From the human T2T-CHM13v2.0 reference genome, Homo sapiens: 64,000 nucleotides of DNA. Location: assembly GCF_009914755.1 (NCBI RefSeq), contig NC_060947.1; one strand, written 5' to 3'. Position numbers and translations under genes: made by a program. The notes below the pieces were generated by a model that was given only the letters and a program-made list of their open reading frames with translations, searched no databases and had not been told where the DNA came from. Positions 59,787 through 64,000 of the stretch are shown in pieces (the stretch's first letter is position 1; each line of letters opens with the position of its first letter).

Positions 59787-60224
59787 CCAATGTTTTTGAA
59801 ATATTTGAAAATGTTGTATACCAAAAGGAAGCTCAGGGACTTTACTCTTAATATTGTTTTGCCTTTAAGCCTTTGTGTCCATTTAAAACTTCTCAAGTCT
59901 TCTTTTATATATTGAACAAATTTTCAGATCCTAAAAGAGCTCATTTCTAATTTATCTTCAGGAAATTTTGCCTCACTGCCTTTTTATAAAATCCAAAATT
60001 TTGTCTCCAGCTATGACTTATTTGGAAACTAATTTTTTGAAAAGGAGTAAGGAGGGTTGTGGTCATAATAGATTGATGGCTGCCTGCTTTCCATGGCATG
60101 GAATTGTTGCTAGGAGAAGCTGCACAGCCATAGATGACAGTTCTCAGTGCCCGCTTCCCCCGATCCAGCTGACTTGTACTTGCCAGTGGAGTATGAGAGT
60201 TACTACACGGCCAATAAGGGGCTG

Positions 60225-60452
60225 TAACCCACTCTTGAGGGAATTAATCCATTCCCGTGGAAAACAATCCATTCCCTCTAGGAACTAATTCAGTCTTGCA
60301 AGAGTGAGAACTCACGAAGCCATTCATGAAGGATCTGCCTCCATGACCCAAACACCTCCCACCAGGCCCTACCACCCCACACTGCCACGCTGGGGATTAA
60401 ACTTCAATGTGAGTTTTGGTAGGGACAAACAAAACACATCCAAACTATAGCA
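60225..60452 (-). mobile_element. MST-family LTR fragment
   Basis: ccatgacccaaacacctcccaccaggccc...catccaaactatagca. Confidence 0.75.
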
Positions 60453-61739
60453 GTACCTGAAATGCCTTAATGAGGACTCCTCAGAATCAGAATACATTGT
60501 TGTGGGTAGTTGTCTGAAAGAACACCAGTCATGGTGTTTGTAGTAGAGAGTATTCTTATAGGAAGAACTTTATTTTGATCAGCATGTGTATCAGTCAAAA
60601 TTCAGTTGCACATAACAGAAATTACTCTAGCTATTTTAACGGGATATGGATTTAACACAGGGAGTAAGGTGCTTACAAAAATCACCAGAAGGGCTGAAGG
60701 AGCAACCTCCAAGCTCGGAAATGACTACTAGAACAACAAAAGAACTGCCACACCAGGAAGATGGCTACCTCTGCCACAATCAGGAAGCTGGGAAATCAGG
60801 AACTTTTTTTCCTGACAGCTGGATTCAGAATCAGACCATGTTAGCCCACATCCTGGGATTGGATTAAGGACTCTGCCATCATAGCTGTTGCTCTAGGAAC
60901 ATGCCACCTTTGCTGTGATTCTGAGAAATGGAGACTGTCATCAAATCTGTTATGCCAGAGCTACCCCATGCCTGCTAGATCCACAGCAGCAAAATCGAAG
61001 CCTCTTTCATTGCCACCTCTCTCCCCACATGACTAGATTTTTAAAGATAATTATCACCTGAGTAAACCTGATTAGCAGAACCTAAATTACGTCTATTGCC
61101 ATGTTTCAGAGGAGTAGCTTTCTAGCCTGTGTCATAAAGGAAGACACACTAGAGAGGGCTTAGAAGAGATGTTTAGCAAGCCAATTATAGGCTTCACCAC
61201 AGTTATTCCCTGTCTAGAAAGAGGCCCTCATCCCTGACTCTGACCTTAGGAGACTGGCCTTTCATGATATGAAACAGACCCTACTAGATAAAAGCTTCAA
61301 TTCTGAAAGCACCACAAATAGCAATATAATGTCACTGGACTGAGAAACATTATGATGAGTAAAACCCACATTGATGTAAGTGATATGCACAATCAAAAAA
61401 TATAACAAGGCCATATCTGTAAAGTGAATATTAGTGTCTGAAACAGAAACTAAAATTTGAAAAATCATATTTGAGAAAAAAGTGCCTTAAAAAGTTGTAA
61501 CATCAAGGAATACCATATATTTTTAAAGGTGCCAAAATATCTAGGACGTATTTCAAATGCATTTAGAGTATTTGTCTGTGTTGGAGAGAGGAGAATGGGA
61601 ATAGGGATTTTGGGTAAAGGAGGAAAAATAAATAAAAAATAGAATAGCCTGTGCTGACTGATGATGAAAGTGTGCCATGATCTGTGTAGTATGAATAGCT
61701 CAACTCCTAATTTTGTAATGTCTAAATAGGATACATAAA

Positions 61740-62735
61740 ACTTACCAAAAGTTAAGTTTCTGCACAGCAAAGGCAACCATCAACAAAGTGAAAAGGCAAA
61801 CTACTGAATGGGAGAAAAGATTTGCAGACCATACATCTAATAAGGGGTTAATATCCAAAATATATAAGGAACTCACACAACACAATAGCAGAAAAACAAA
61901 TAGCCCAATTAAAAAAGAGCAAAGGACTCTAATAGACATTTCTCCAAAGAAGACATACAAATGGCCAGCTGGTATATGAAAAAATGCTCAACATCACGAA
62001 CCACCAGGGAAATGCAAATCAAAACCACAATGAGACAGCACCTCACACTTGTTAGGATGGCTACTATTTACAAAAAAAAGAACAAGTGCTGGTGAAGAAA
62101 TTGGAACCCTTGTGTACTGCTGATGAGAATGCAAAATGGTACAGTGTCTTTGAAAAGCAGTATGGAGGTTCCTCAAAAAATTAAATATAGAACTAACATA
62201 TGACCCAGAGAATTAAAGTCAGAATCTCAAAGACATATCTGCACTGTCATGTTTATTGCATCACTATTCACAATAGCCAAGATGTGGAAACAACTTAAAT
62301 GTTTATGGATAAATAAATGGATAAAGAGAATATGGTATATACATACAATGTCTTAAATTATACATTCAGTCTTTAAAAAAAAAAAAAGGTAATCTGCCCA
62401 CATGTGACAATATGGATGAATCTGAACCTTGTGCTAAGTGAAATAAACCAGTTACAAAAGGACAAATACTGCATGATTCCATTTATATGAGGTATCTAAA
62501 ATAGCCAAACTCATAGAAGGAGAGAGTAGAATGGTGGCTTCCAGGGGCTAGGGGGAGAAGGAAATGGGGAGTTGCTCTTCAATGGGTATAAAGTTTCAGT
62601 AATGCAAGATGAAGAAGTTTTAGAGATCTGTACAACATTGTGCTTATAATTAGCAATGCTGTATCGTGCACTTAAAAATTTGTTAAGGGGGTAAATCTCA
62701 TATTAAGTGTTCTTACCACAATGAAAAAGAAAAGT
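61740..62735 (+). mobile_element. L1MB-type 3' fragment
   Basis: ORF 61788..61979 resembles the ORF2 C-terminal region ([28 protein letters not shown]); L1MB-like 3'UTR. Confidence 0.88.
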
Positions 62736-64000
62736 AAATGGTGATTGGAGGCATGCATTTTAAACTAATTTACAACTGAAAATTTCACAAAACCTGCCAA
62801 ACAGGACAGGAATAATGTACTTAGATTGAAAATATAAAAAATTAAAATATATAAAACTCATTCCCCAAATTCTGAAAGACATGCAAATATATAATTTTTA
62901 TAAAGCTTAAAAATGCCACATAGGGTTTAAAATTTAATCAAATGTCCAAATAGAAAGTCTAGGAACATTCACATTCTCCACTCTGATACAAAAGTGTATG
63001 GTATCAAAAAGAGATTCGATAAAAAATTGTGCAAATTAAAAGCTTATTGAATATAAAAGACATGTACAATGCAAAATCATTGAAACATTTTTGATGATTT
63101 TTTAAAAAAATGGCCAGAACAGTAAGTTAAAATTGTTTTAAAATGAACTCAGTAAACAATGATAAAAGTATAAACTGCTGTTTGGGAGATATTTGTTTTC
63201 AGCCCATATGAAAACTTTAAAAACTGGAGACAGAATAAGATCACTTGTCTTCAAATGAAATTGAAATAAAAACAAAAATATCAAAAGAACCAAAAGGAGA
63301 AGACTCCCCAAAACCTGAAACAAATCTACTTGACTCATAAAAGCATTGAAAATGGAACCCCAAGTCATTCAAATTTACTGAAAGATCATACATTATTTAT
63401 TAGAAACATTTCATTTTATACCAATTTAAAATTTCATAGTTTTGCCCAAATTGTCCAAATGCTACCCCCTAAAATTTATTATTTTCCAAATTCCCCTGCA
63501 TCCTATTTACACTAAGGCCCTCACATGATTAGGCAGCTGCTGAGCAGGCTGGGAGACATCCCTTTGGCACTTACAAACTGAAACATTCCACACACATAAA
63601 GATCAGCTCTCTCACTTTTGTTTTTCACGCCATGAGATGACTTTGTCAAAACCGAAGCTCTCAGGCCTGCCCTTCCCATCATGAAATAGCCTTTGCCTAC
63701 AGTAGGGCCTAGGAGAGAACCCAACAGTTCCCAACCAGACCTAGAGCTCTCCTCCTGTGTATCCTTTTCTCTCCCTGAATTGAACCAGGAGCTTCTTCCA
63801 GAGCTTGTGACAGTGCAGATCATACCGATGTGATTTGAAGAAAACCCTAGCTGCTTCCCCAGCCAGATGGCTGCTGCAGCGGGATGACGATGGTCAACCT
63901 TGGCCTTGTTCCCCTTTGCTACCTCCTGGGGGTGACTCGAAGTTCCTATTGTTAGTTGCAAATGTCTTCCATGTGCAGGCTGGAGTAATTAGGTGGGGTA

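Overview
Primate (apparently human) X-chromosome-type genomic DNA; not prokaryotic. The only intact gene is the cancer/testis gene PAGE4 on the + strand. It has a non-coding exon 1 near 41.2 kb and a 4-exon CDS at 42343-45776 that splices to 102 aa. Most listed ORFs are artefacts of Alu, L1, LTR and satellite sequence. The most striking unexplained structure is a pair of old, degenerate tandem-repeat arrays in opposite orientation. The left arm (~30-9078) is G/T-rich on +, the right arm (~16538-28780) is C/A-rich on +, and ~7.5 kb of L1/Alu spacer separates them. The arrays are built from a ~39-bp monomer with an internal GTTCAG(A/G)G-N8-CTCTGAAC hairpin, a derived ~76-bp dimer and a ~1-1.3 kb higher-order period. 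Other points: a twin-primed L1PA with a 5' inversion, a duplicated first-exon/intron module and an in-frame 45-nt candidate cassette exon in PAGE4, a decayed coding-like block on the - strand at ~47.85-49.3 kb, and an AT-rich minisatellite with a cruciform-capable inverted repeat. Repeat subfamily names are from recall of consensus sequences, not database searches.
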